Part shown: positions 12,810 to 25,849 of the stretch, piece by piece
Position numbering within the stretch: the stretch's first letter is position 1
How the letters are laid out: each line of letters opens with the position of its first letter
Assembly (NCBI GenBank): GCA_964016885.1
Contig: OZ024740.1
Location: 188,542,001 to 188,606,000, forward strand
DNA: 64,000 nt
Direction: 5' to 3'
DNA from: Eledone cirrhosa
Lineage: Eukaryota
Notes under the pieces: generated by a model
Told to the model about the DNA's origin: nothing
The model's database searches: none
The model's input: only the letters and a program-made list of their open reading frames with translations
Translations under genes and position numbers: made by a program

Positions 12810-13767
12810 TTCCATTACCTGGGTGACAAAATCAGCAGTGGGGGAGGGTGCTCTGAAAGTACAGTAGCTAGAGTCAGAACTGGATGGAAAAAGTTCAGAG
12901 AGCTTATACCACTATTAGCCGCTAAAGGGTTCTCCCCAAAAATGAAAGGCAGGCTCTATGATGCCTGCATACGAACAGCAATGTTGCATGGCAGTGAGAC
13001 TTGGGCATTGTGTGCAGATGATATACGCAGACTGGAGAGGAACAAAGTTTGCATGCTCCGCTGGATGTGTAATAGTAATATACGCGAACGGCAAAGCATA
13101 AACGAACTAAGGGAAAAATTAGAAATAAGAGGGATCAGATGTTGTTTACTCGAGAGAAGTCTACGTTGGTATGGTCACGTGATGCGCATGAAAGAGGACA
13201 GCTGTATAAAAAAGTGCAGGGCAATAAAGATAGACGGTAGCCACGGAGTAGGCAGACTCAGAAAAACCTGGGACGACCTGATAAACTCCGACCTCACACA
13301 CTTACACCTCTCCAAGACAATGTCACTGGACCGAGATCTTTGGCGGCGCTCAGTAATAGAGAAGACCCGCCTTACCTAAATACAAAGTAAAACATACTAC
13401 AGTCAGTAGGCATCTCTAACAAAATACACCCCCGTCCCACCACCCCAACCCCATCCACACCGCCCCTTTCAGTGTAAAGTTATGTTGGTGCCACAACATC
13501 CAGGCCGAAACAAATGAGATGGTGTAGGTGTCACGACAAAAAAACACACAGTCCATGCTGTAATGTGGCCATGTAGGCAACACGGTAAAAACCTCCCAGT
13601 CCCACACTGTAAATGTGGTTGGTGTTAGGAAGGGCATCCAGCTGTAGAGAACCCGCCAGACAGTCCTATGTGAGCAAGACAACCACTCTTGCCTCAAGCG
13701 GGAAAACTCCCGTCAAAACCCATGCAAGCGTTGGACATGGACGTTAAATGATTATGATGATGATGAT
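12810..13767 (+). mobile_element. RTE LINE family A, 5'-truncated
   Basis: [54 protein letters not shown](13379); 3' UTR; ggacgttaaatg(GAT)n. Confidence 0.95.
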
Positions 13768-13798
13768 ATGTATGTGTGTATATATATATATGTATGTG

Positions 13799-13829
<31 letters not shown>

Positions 13830-13914
13830 ATATATATATATATATTTATGTGTGTATATATATATGTGTATGTATATATATATATATATATATGTATATG
13901 TATATATATATATA

Positions 13915-14280
13915 TCATCATCATCATCATCATCATTTTACGTCCGCTTTTCCCTGCTTGCAAGGGTGGGACGGATCTTATTCAGCACAGCATCTCTCCA
14001 CTCGTCACGGTCCCTCGTCATCTCCACTGTGAGCTTCAATGATCTGAGGTCTGTTCTCGCCACCTCCACCCATGTTTTTCGTGGTCTACCTCTACCACGT
14101 CTTCCTTCAACTGGCATTTCCTGGCACTTCTTCACCCATCGGTCATCCTCCATGCGCATCACATGTCCATACCACCTCAGTCTCCTCTCCCGTACACTAC
14201 ATTCTATCCCTCTCAGACACAGTTTCTCTCTCAACACATTTATGCTGGGTCGTTCACGCACATTTACACTTCACATCCAA

Positions 14281-14283
<3 letters not shown>
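13915..14283 (-). mobile_element. RTE LINE family B, 3' fragment
   Basis: ORF 13938-14261 nearly identical to the C-terminus of 24642-25805; (GAT)n tail. Confidence 0.95.
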
Positions 14284-14309
<26 letters not shown>

Positions 14310-14316
<7 letters not shown>

Positions 14317-14973
14317 ATATGGGTGAGAAGAATACTGCTGGTTGCACATGGATAACATGTTATAAAATGAGTCCCTCATCAGTGATTTACCAAACAATCA
14401 TGGGTATTTCATCGCATTAAAAATCATATACCTCACGTTGGAGCGATAATAACTAAAATAAGTTATTAGGACAATAGAAATGCGTAAAGCGAGTGAGATA
14501 AGTAAACAACACAGGGGGAAGCTAACCGAAGATGGAAATAAACACAAGCAACATAGTTATTCTTTCAGCATAAGCTGTGTGAATATATGAGCGAGTCAGA
14601 AAACAGACCTTTCGCTAGTGAATCCGGTGTTAGAAAGAATGAAAACCGTTTTCCCAGCGAACGGGAGGAAGAAAGAAGGGGAGAAACAGGGACTGAGTGA
14701 GTGGGAGTGCGAAGAAGAGGTCAGTAGAGAGAAAGAGTTAACTGACATGGCAGAGGGGACGAAAGAAAGTAAGAGAAACAGAGAGAATGAGGGATCAGTA
14801 AGAGAGAAAGAGAGAAACACAGAATTGCAGTTTGGGTAAATATATGAAAATATGGGTGAGAAGAATACTGCTGGTTGCACATGGATAACATGTTATAAAA
14901 TGAGTCCCTCATCAGTGATTTACCAAACGATCATGGGTATTTCATCGCATTAAAAATCATATACCTCACGTTG
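14310..14973. mobile_element. Unclassified element bounded by ~130-bp direct repeats
   Basis: 14310-14440 repeated at 14843-14973 (atgaaaatatgggtgagaag...cctcacgttg); purine-rich interior; (TA)n on both sides. Confidence 0.7.
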
Positions 14974-15657
14974 TATATATATATTTAGTTTCATAAAAGC
15001 CTGCATGTTTAAGGCTTTATAATGTTAATTCAAAGTAGAATTCAAAACAGGACAAAAACAATGGAGTAAACTGTCCTTTCTCCTCAGTCCACCTCTGATT
15101 GTTCTTAATCCATGATTATTGACCCTGATGGTGGACAGTGCTGCTGATGAATTTGTTAATATCAAGACTTATGAAATGAAGAAGAGTGTAAAATCAAAAC
15201 AGCAAAATAAAATCGTTTTTACTCTAGTTATAACTTCAGTTTATTTCTAAACTCAGTACAAATTATGATATCTATATCAGTTTATAAAACTAAATAGCAT
15301 TCCTTATTCTAGCTCATGGAAGCTTATGTGAATATTGACTTATTGCCATAAGAATAAGATGCAATTATAAACCTGACTACCAAAGATATGAACTAAGATT
15401 GATTACCAATATCAACATATACCAAACTATATATTATCTGTTATAATTATTGTTCCCTTTAGATATTGGAATTTATGAACAATTGAAAGTGTATGAAAGT
15501 GTGAATGTAGGACGAAAGGATTGAGTGTGATGAGTGTTTTTTATTAGTACATTTTTTAGCATTTACAATTTTCTGTGATAGTATGTTGGCTAAACATACA
15601 TATATGTATATACATACATATACACACATATATATATATATACATACATATACATGC

Positions 15658-15712
<55 letters not shown>

Positions 15713-15719
15713 CATATAT

Positions 15720-16050
15720 TCATCATTCATTTTACGTCCGCTTTTCCCTGCTTGCAAGGGTTGGATGGGAACTGATTCTGGCTTGATTACTACAGCTGAA
15801 TGCACTTCCTAACACCAACTTCATTTACAGTGAGTGCTGGGTGCTTTTTTGCCGTGGCACCTCCACGACCACTTTGCATTGGAATGATATGGAACCCAGT
15901 CCCTATCATCTCATTTTTACAGCTGAGTAAACTGGAGCAATGTGAAATAAAGTGTCTTGCTCAAGGAAACAACACATCACCTGGTCTGAGAATTGAACTC
16001 ACAACCTTTCGATTGCAAGGCCAATGCTCTAACCACTAAGCCATGTGCCT
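15720..16050 (-). mobile_element. Chimeric tRNA-SINE (copy 2)
   Basis: Same head, body and tail as 8290-8632. Confidence 0.9.
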
Positions 16051-16114
16051 TTTCAAAAGTAGAGTTGAAATGGAGGCTCTGTGAAAAAACCACAGACCCG
16101 CCATCTCAACTCTA

Positions 16115-16150
16115 CTTTTGAAAAGCAGAAGAACTGTGAAACCGGTAAAG
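16115..16150 (+). ncRNA. Minimal hammerhead motif with U3-A8 core variant
   Basis: ctt-TTGAAAA-gcag aagaa ctgt-GAAA-ccgg-TA-aag, AATAAA at 16157; preceded by an inverted copy of its upstream ~34 bp (16050-16083). Confidence 0.65.
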
Positions 16151-16317
16151 GAACCAAATAAATATATATATATTTTTTAAAAATAAAACTCCAGTTGCAT
16201 TTTTGATTTCATCTTTTTTTCTCTTTATATATATATACATATATGTATATGTACATATATATGTATGTATACATATTTATATATATATATATATGTATAC
16301 ATATATATGTATGTATA

Positions 16318-16575
16318 CATCATCATCATGATCATTATCTTCGTTTAACGTCCATCTTCCAGGCTAGCATGGGTTAGATGGGAGTTGTCCCACTTGAGGC
16401 AAGGTTGGTCGGGTGACCGTGTCTCGCTCATATAGGACTATCTGGCAGGTTTTCTATGGCTGGATTCCCTTCCTAACACCAACCATATTTACGGTGTGGA
16501 ACTGGGAACTTTTTACCGTGTTACCTACACAGCCACATTACTGCGTGGACTGTGTGTGTTTTTGTTGTGACACCT
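16318..16575 (-). mobile_element. RTE family A-like 3' UTR fragment
   Basis: Homologous to 13530-13767 and 19564-19810. Confidence 0.85.
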
Positions 16576-16841
16576 ATATATATGTATATATATATATTTA
16601 TATTTATATGCATATATATATGTATGTATACATATATGTATGTATACATTTATATGTATACGCATATATATATGTATGTATATATATATATATATACATA
16701 TATAAATATGTATATACACATATATATATGCATCTGTTTTGAGAATCTATGTGTAACTACACCTTCAAAGATGACATGTACGCACACAGCAGCAGCAACT
16801 CATACTATATATGTATCTAATATGAGAAATATATATATAAA

Positions 16842-16925
16842 TACAAGGTTCAGCTGAAAACTTTATAGACTGACCCAAATACCCTCATGGAATGATTAAA
16901 TAAGGTTTATTTTTCAATGAAGTCC
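16842..16925 (+). mobile_element. Possible mariner-type terminal inverted repeat remnant
   Basis: ta|caaggttcagctgaaaactttatagactgacc resembles mariner TIRs (recalled TA|CGAGGG..CTGAAAAGTT); no partner end found. Confidence 0.35.
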
Positions 16926-19563
16926 AGGATAGAAACAATACAGTTATTAATAAGAGTTGAAATTAATGCATGCAAGATTTCAGTTCAAGTTTCACTTATT
17001 CATAGTCAGTCAGTTTCACTTATTCATAGTCAGCCTTTTCAGTTTACCTCGAACTATTTTAAATATATTTATTGTGTATCTGTTTGTCTATAAATATATT
17101 TACATATATTTTAATGTAAGCTTGCGTGTTGATTGTGAAAATCAACTAGCATTTCCTTTTCTAATTTTCTAATTTTAAGCTGGTGATTTTGTTGTTGAAT
17201 TAGATATATCATCATATCAAACTAAAATGGGTGCTGATCAGTGTATCAGATGATTAAAATATAGTTCGTAATCTTTTATGTTTTCCTAAATTGCACATAT
17301 GTTAGATACTCAGCTGACACTTGGATATAGTCAAATATGAGTGAATGACTTCAGTGACTATTTTTTTTATGCTTGATCACTCAAACCGTAATGACATTTG
17401 AGGAAATGTCTAAAGTAGCATATCTCTTTAGGTTATATGGACCATAACACATCTTTAATTTTCTTCAACTCTTTTCTCTCATTTTTGGTTCTATATCAAT
17501 TTCAAAATAATTTCTGAGTAAGATATTGTATGTAAAACATGAAATATCTTGGATACACAACATACTGTTTGATGTATTATGTTGACAAGAATAAAGAAGA
17601 CTGAATATTTTCATAAAACCTCATAATTAAACTTGTCATCCAGATATGGTTGACTTATTCACACACATACATATAAAGACACAGATGCAGACACACACAT
17701 GTGTGTGTATAAATAACTATTAATGTTTTCTATATTTAAAACTATATATTTTTTAAATATATGTGCGAGAGTGTGTGTGTGTTTTATGTGTCTGTATACA
17801 TGCATGCTTAGAAAAAACATTTTTTATATCCTGTAATAATTATATAACGTTGTGAGTATGGTTGTATACATACTTTGAAGTAATAGCTTATATGTATTTC
17901 TGTTAATATTGGTATTTATATAGGTCAACAGATATGGTTCTCTCTCTAACAAGAATACCAATAATTGCATTTGATCTCATTTCCATTTATTGATCATAGA
18001 GGTTTTATGAAAATTATTGCAATTGATTGAACCAGGTATTCAATATTCTTTTAAAGAAAAATGCAAGAAAAATTAAAAAGAAAAGAAAAAGGGAATATGT
18101 ATAGAATACTTGATTTAGCTATTAGCTATAATTTAATCTTCTATAGCAATGTGTTATAATACACACCTATATTTTTTGCTTCCATTCTTTCTCAGAAGAA
18201 TTTGATAAAATTCCAGGTGTTTTGTTAGCAGGATACTAAATCACTTGATACAGGAAAACAATGTAAAGGAAATTAATTCAATAAACACTTGAAATTTAAA
18301 GGATAAGAAGAGAGATTTGAATAAATTTTCTTTCGTTGTTGCATGTGTTTGAGTAATCACCACAAGAAATCAGCTGCCAGTAACTGTTGCTAAGAGCTCC
18401 ACTGTGATAACTGAAGTTAAGCTGAAACTAAAAAAGATTTACAGTTAGAAGAGTGTCAATTAGGAAAAAAAGGAAAGCATAAAGTAAAATATGAATGAAA
18501 AATCAGGAAATAGATATTTCGTGTCATAGCAACAAAACTTGCCCCTTGGCAATTTAGAATAATGAAGCTCTTATGAAGTCTGCACAAGTTTCACAGTAAC
18601 CTCTGATTTTAGTCTTTTATGAATATAGTGAAAATATGACAGTGATGATGATAATAGTAAAAATAATCAAGCAAATTTCTATGGATTCCAAATAAAAACT
18701 AAAAGATGTATGATGAGATTAGTTTGCATTTTTAAAAGAAAATGAAATATTAGCAAAATAATCAATATAATGTCATAATTCTCATCTTATGAGAATCTTT
18801 AACTTTGACATTTGTCATGTCAAAATTTAACATCAATGTCAGATCTGAATTCACCCTCTTAAAATATCATGCGTATAGTTTGAGTTTTAGATGGATTTTT
18901 CCATACAAATTTCTTTGATAGATTTTTTTTCCTTTTAAATTATCTGAAATGATAATTGTTTTTATATTGTGGAAGTATGAATTATTTGTTGTTTCAGGGA
19001 GGTAAAGAACATTTCAAGATGTAAACAGTGCTATGCATATGCATGTGTGCACAAGTGTGTGTGTGTGAATTTGAATGAGAAAGAGATAGTAAAAACAGAG
19101 AAATGGGACAGAAGCAAGCAGTTCCTGTTGTTTGTACATAATCTAGTGATGTTAATTTCATTACAGTATATGTAAAACAGAACAAATGTATTTCTTGAAA
19201 ACTATCATTAAGTCAGTATGTATGCATATATATATATATGTATATATATATGTATGCATATATATATGTATATATATATATATATATATATTTATAAATG
19301 GATGTTTAGTAAAATCAAAGCTTCGGCTGTAATGCATATATATATATATCAAATTAAAATACAGATTTTCATTATAATTTTAAATAATCAAATAAAATTA
19401 AATAGAAAGTGTAACACTCTCTAAATGAGTTCATTCAAAAGTTAAAGAACCATTGGAAGTTAGTGTAGTTTCAATTGCAGCATCATATTTGCACAAATCT
19501 AATATCCTCAATAAATATAAATTTTAATTTATATGCTGTTACAAGTATGTGAATTTGTTAGCA

Positions 19564-22240
19564 CATCATCATCATCATCATCATCATTTAACGTCTATCT
19601 TCCATGCTATCATGAGTTTAGACGGGAAGTGTCCCACTTGAGGCAACATTGGTCGTCTCGCTCATATGGGACTGTCTGGCAGGTTTTCTATTGCTGGATG
19701 CCCTTCCTAACACCAACCACGTTTACAGTGTGGACTGGGAGGTTTTTACTGTGTTACCTACATGGCCATATTACAGCGTGGACTGCAAGTTTTTTTTGTC
19801 ATGACACCTACATGACCTCATTTATTTTGGACTCAATGTTGTGGTACCAACATAACTTTACAGAGAATGGGTGGTGTTGGTGGGAGTAGGGGTAGTGGGA
19901 TGGGGTATATATTTGGTAAAGAGGTGCCTACTGACTGTAGGTTTTGCTTTGTACATAGGCAAAGTGGGTCTTCTGTATTACTGCATAGCGCCAGAGATAT
20001 TGTTCCAGCGACATTGTCTTAGAGAGGTGTAAGTGTGTAAGGTCAGAATTTATCAAATCGTCCCAGATTTTTCTGGGTCTACCAACTCCGTAACTTCCAT
20101 CAATTTCGATCGCCCTGCACTTTTATATACAACTGTCGTCTTTCATGCGCATCACGTGACCATACCAACATAGTCTTCTCTCGAGTAAACAGCATCTGAT
20201 CCCTCTTATTCCTAATTTCTCATTTAGTTCATTAATGCTTTGCCGTTTGCGTATATTACTATTACACACCCAATAAAGCATGGATGCTTTGTTCCTCTCC
20301 AGCCTGCGCAGATCCTCTGCACATAAATCCCTTGTCTCACTGTCATGTAACATTGCTGTTCGATTACAGGCATCATACAATCTGTCTTTCATTTTTAGAA
20401 AGAAACCTTTAGTGGCCAATAGTGGTATTAGCTCTCTGAACTTTTTCCATCCCTTTCTGACTCTGGCTACTGTACTTTCAAAGCACCCTTCACCACTGCT
20501 GATTTTGTCACCCAAGTAACGGAAGGTGTCCAGTATTTCTATAGAACCATCTGGGCAATAGAAGGAGCTAGTATCCTGTGGGCACTTGCTACTTATTGCA
20601 CCTGAGCATCAGCCACATATAAAATCTACATTCTTAGATAGCTTACCTGTGATCCCACTATATCTTTTATGTATCCATAGTTTGCATTTGGGACATAAAA
20701 TATAATTTCTGCCTACTCCTTTCCTATACACTGAGCATGGCCATTTCCCAGAGGGTACCTGTACCCTATTTTCTTTTCTACACACTAGAACTTTAGTCTT
20801 AGACAAGTTAACTTTAAGGCCTTTTGATTCTAGGCCATGCTTCCATGTTTGGAATTTCTTCTCTAGTTCAGCCATCAATTCAGATATGAAAGTTAGATCA
20901 TCTGCGTATAGAAGTTCCCATGGGCAGCCGGTCCTCTGTTATAGCCTGAAAGGGAATAATAAATAGGAGGGGGCTAAGGACAGAGCCTTGATGAACACCA
21001 ACTTTTACGCTAAATTCTTCACAATATTCATTGTTAATTCTGACCTTGCTGACTGTTTCTCTATACATGGCTTGTATAGCTCTCACAAGCCATTCATCAA
21101 CACCTAGTTTTCTAAGAGCCCACCAGATAATGGAGCAAGGTACTCTGTCAAAGTCTTTCTCCAAGTCAACAAAAGCTAAGTATAGGGGTTACCTTTTAGC
21201 TAGGTACTTCTCCTGTAGTTGTCGTACAAAGAAAAGAGCATCTGTGGTACTTTTACCTGACACAAACCCAAACTGCATTTCATCTAGATCAATTCGCTCT
21301 CTGATTAGTTGTGATATAACTCTTTCTGTGACCTTAATGACCTGGTCAACTAATTTAATGCCTCTATAGTTTCCTCTATCTAGGGCATCTCCTTTACTCT
21401 TGTAACAGTTAATAAGTATGCTGCTACGCCAGTCATTTGGTATGACCCTATTCTGTATGACTTGGTTTACTATCCGGGTGACCATAGTGTGTCCCACCAT
21501 TCCAGATGCTTTCAGCATTTCAGCAACTATCTCCGAAGGCCCAGCTGCCTTGCCTGTGTTCATATCTTTGATTGCCCTACTTATTATACTCCCTTTAACT
21601 TACACTGCTGGTCCCTCTATTGGATCGATTTGGGGCAGACTATCTTTTTCCCATTTATTCTCCTCATTTAGCAGTCTCTCGTAGTGACACTTCCAAGCTG
21701 CCTTCTTATTAGCGTCAGTGATGGCAAGTACACCATCATCATTATGGACACACTTCTCCCCGACAATATCACAGTTTTGCTTGACACATTGTCTTGTAAT
21801 CTTGAACACCTCATGATTTTGGTCCTCGCGTTCTAGAACATGCTTGAACTTTCTTTCCTCTGCTTCCCTTCTTGCAAAGTACACTTGTCTCCTAGCTTCT
21901 CTCCTAGCCACTTGATAGTGTTCTCTACTTCTCCCATCCCGCCATACTTTTCAAGCCTGCTTTTTGGCCTTGATTGACCCCTCCACCTTACTGTTCCACC
22001 CCCAATTTACTCTCCTCCTGCCTATAGGTCTGCTCCAGCCACAGATTTCATATGTTGGCTTAAGCAGGTTAACTTTCAGGAATTCCCACTGTTCCTCTAT
22101 ATCGTACATCTCTAATTGCTCTTGCTTACTGTCAAAAGCATCAAGTAATATGCTTTTAAATTTGTTACTGATTGTGGGGTCCTTTAACTTCCATATTCTT
22201 CTCCTCAGGGTAGACCTCCTCTGTTGTACATCTATTCCTG
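19564..22240 (-). mobile_element. RTE LINE family A, long degenerate copy (RT pseudogene)
   Basis: Fragments GKAAGPSEIVAEMLK, NYRGIKL, QFGF..GKSTTDA, DLEKDFDRVP, GVHQGSVLSPLLF, YADD, PHD-like Cys/His cluster, [11 protein letters not shown]; multiple stops and frameshifts; UTR and (GAT)n tail. Confidence 0.95.
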
Positions 22241-22317
22241 ACTATGAGGTCTCTCTCTCTTTCTCTCTCTCTATATATACATATATATTCACACATATAT
22301 ATATATATATATACATA

Positions 22318-22987
22318 GAAGGATTTTAATGGATACAGTTTAGTTAAAAGGAATTTATTGACATGTGTTTCTATAACAGTTACATAACCTGAAAACAGCT
22401 GCTATCTACAAAGTATTAGTTATGCAGACATTCAATATTTTAATGTTATTATCAACTGTCATTTCACCGGAATAATTTTACTGAGAACCTGTTTGGTTTT
22501 TATAGAGAATATTAGGAGGGAGGGGTGAAGTTGTTAGAAGAATAGTTGAGGGAGTGGTTTTTTGATAGCAGTGAGAATTTTTGGAGGCAGTGAGTAATTA
22601 GATTCCCATCTGTTGTTTTGACATTTTTATAGAATATATTATTGGTTATTTTTCTAAATCTATAGAAGGATTAGAGATAGTATAGATATGCGTGGTTGGT
22701 TTTGTGTTTGCACTTAATTAACATTCAGACTTAAATTTTTCTTTCAAGTGTACGTATCCTTTCGCCCACGCATTCACACACAAACATATATGCACACCTC
22801 TACAAAATACATATACTCACATACACATACTTACATGCTCATACTTACATACATATACACATGCATACATATATATATACACATATATACATGTACATAC
22901 ATACGCGTTCATGTGTATACATTTTCATACTCAACTTATCTTTATATACACACGTATAGACACACACATATATACACACATACTCCA

Positions 22988-23020
<33 letters not shown>

Positions 23021-23550
23021 AAACACTTTAATACATGAATGCACTTACATCTAACTATACACATCAAACATATATATATATTTACTTATTTATATACATT
23101 TTTCCCATATATATACATACTTATGGTCGCTTTTAGACACATTCATTATAGCATATTTGCACCTATTCTCATCAGCATATCTTTCCATTATTAGTGTGGT
23201 AATTTAAGGTTATTAATATACATATATATGTTGAGAAGAGATTATTTTTATATTTTTCTAACTAGATTGAGGTTTATATAGTTGGGGGGATGTCCCTCTT
23301 TTATGTAATATTCAGCTTGTAGTGGGAAAAAAGGGTTTTAGTTCGGTGACGGCAGAATAATGTTCGTTCAATTCTGTTATTCAGCAATTTCCTCTTGTGT
23401 GTGATTATGTAATAGATCTCAAGATTACACAATTTGCAGAAATTTTGGCTCCTGGAAAAGCTTTGGGTTTTAGCTAATTTCTCCCATTTTAGGGTAAACT
23501 TTTGATCGCTATCCCTGAGCGTCCAAGCTTTTTCTGCTAAAGTTGTTACA
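22318..23550 (-). mobile_element. Penelope-like element, second copy of the 11169 family
   Basis: Colinear with 11169-12425; longer coding remnant [34 protein letters not shown]; hammerhead decayed (CCGGTGA, cacatg) at ~22355-22475. Confidence 0.9.
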
Positions 23551-23620
23551 AATATATATACATATATATATATTTATATATATATATACATATATATATT
23601 TATATATTTGTATATATATT

Positions 23621-23673
<53 letters not shown>

Positions 23674-23732
23674 GTATATATATATGTATATATTTGTGTA
23701 TATATATATATTTATATATATATGTATATATT

Positions 23733-23765
<33 letters not shown>

Positions 23766-23782
23766 TTGTGTATATATGTATA

Positions 23783-23826
23783 TCATCATCATCATCATTT
23801 TATATCCGCTCTTCCCTGCTTGCAAA
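23783..23826 (-). mobile_element. Isolated RTE-B/SINE 3' terminus (~44 bp)
   Basis: (CAT)n tttatatccgctcttccctgcttgcaa inside a TA array. Confidence 0.75.
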
Positions 23827-23976
23827 TATATATATATATATTTGCGTGTGTATATATATATATATATATATTTGTCTGTATATATATATATATTTGTGTA
23901 TATATATATATTTGTGTATATATATATATTTGTATATATATATATATGTTTGTATATATATATATATATATTTATA

Positions 23977-25824
23977 TGTGTCCGGGATGATGCCGGTGTA
24001 CTTAGTGTCACGAATGACCAGAAAAAGGAGGCTTGGAAATGTCATTATGAGAGACTGATGAATGTGGAGAACGAATGGGAGAGAGAGAAATTACCCTTGG
24101 TAGATCCGACAGAGGGACCAGCTATTGAGATTGATGAATATAGGGTCCAAGAGGCGATTAGGGAAATGAAAAATGGTAAGGCGGCCAGACCATCGGGAAT
24201 AGTTGCTGAGATGCTGAAGGCATCAGGGGACGTAGGCACTAAACTGGTTGCACGCATCATCAATCAGGCTATATATGGTGGTGTCATACCCAAAGACTGG
24301 TGCAGCAGTATTCTCATAAATTACTACAAAGGTAAAGGGGATGCTTTGGAGAGGAGCAATTATAGGGGTATAAAACTGATAGATCAGATTATGAAAGTGG
24401 CAGAAAGGATTTTAGCACAACTAATTAGAGAAAGGGTCAAACTAGATGAGATGCAGTTTGGTTTTGTGCCTGGGAAGAGTACAACAGATGCCCTCTTCTT
24501 GGTGAGACAAATGCAATAGAGATTTTTAGAGAAGAATAAGCCACTATACTTAGCCTTTGTGACCTTGAGAAGGCCTTTGATAGGGTACCCCGATCTGTCA
24601 TCTGGTGGTCCCTAAGGTAGCTAGGTGTTGAGGAATGGCTTGTGAGGACAGTGCAAACTTTGTACAGAGGTACTCTCAGTAAAGTCAGGGTAGGAATGGA
24701 GTTTAGTGAGGAATTCCAGATACAAGTAGGTGTACATCAGGGTTTGGTCCTCAGCCCGCTCTTGTTCATTATAGTCCTCCAAGCCATAACAGAGGAGTTT
24801 AAGACTGGCTGTCCATGGGAAATTCTCTATGCTGACGATCTGGCTCTTATAGCAGAATCAGTAGAGGAGCTAGAGAATAAATTCCGGCTATGGAAACAGC
24901 AGTTGGAAGCAAGAGGACTGAGAGTAAATCTAGCTAAGACAAAAGTGTTGATGAGTAGAAAAGAGGACAAAACCCTGATTCCGTCAGGGAAATGGCCATG
25001 TTCGATATGCAGAAAAGGAACTGGCATAAATTCTATAAAATGCACACAATGCAGGTCCTGGGTACACAAGAGATGTAGAGGCATAGCAGGCAAACTAACA
25101 GGTAGGGAGAAATATGTATGCAGTAGATGTACAGGGAAATTAGACAGTAGAAGTCGCATTGATAGACACATTTTTCAAATGCGAGAGGGCGCTATAGACG
25201 TGGTGGATAGCTTCTGGTACCTAGGAGATCAGATTAGCATGGGAGGAGGGTGTTCCGAGGCCATAGTATCTAGAATAAGGACGGGTTGGAAGAAGTTTAG
25301 GGAGCTGCTTCCTCTGTTGACGAAGAAGGGTTTCTCCCTGTATACGAAAGGCCGGTTGTATGATGCCTGTGTGAGGAGCGCGATGCTGCATGGTAGTGAG
25401 ACATGGGCAGCAACCGCAGAGGATATGCGACGGCTGGAGAAAAATGAGGCAAGCATGCTCCGTTGGATGTGCAGTGTAAATGTGCGTGAACGACCCAGCA
25501 TAAATGTGTTGAGAGAGAAACTGTGTCTGAGAAGGATAGAATGTAGTGTACGGGAGAGGAGACTGAGGTGGTATGGACATGTGATGCGCATGGAGGATGA
25601 CCGATGGGTGAAGAAGTGCCAGGAAATGCCAGTTGAAGGAAGACGTGGTAGAGGTAGACCACGAAAAACATGGGCGGAGGTGGTGAGAACAGACCTCAGT
25701 TCATTGAAGCTCACGGCGGAGATGACGAGGGACCGTGACGAGTGGAGAGATGCTGTGCTGAATAAGACCCGTCCCTCCCTTGCAAGCAGGGAAAAGCGGA
25801 CGTAAAATGATGATGATGATGATG
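23977..25824 (+). mobile_element. RTE LINE family B, 5'-truncated RT region
   Basis: [44 protein letters not shown] (24828-39), PHD-like finger, FWYLG, LRWYGHV; stops at 24517 and 24618 and a frameshift ~24565; ORF stop abuts the (GAT)n tail. Confidence 0.97.
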
Positions 25825-25849
25825 TGTATATATATAGACATATAAATAT

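Noticed and set aside
13767-13915. Rule that G-interrupted TA arrays always follow the strand of the adjacent element tail
   Set aside because: Holds at 27757 and 29257-29536 but fails here and at 8840-8884
14340-14415. CTGATGA on the minus strand of the direct repeats as a hammerhead
   Set aside because: No GAAA-stem III-UH in a compatible position
16989-17035. 24-bp tandem duplication as a CRISPR-like repeat
   Set aside because: Two adjacent units, no spacer, eukaryotic context
18296-18421. Possible minus-strand exon after a polypyrimidine-CAG acceptor (LNFSYHSGALSNSYWQLISCG..)
   Set aside because: No recognisable domain, no convincing donor site or partner exons
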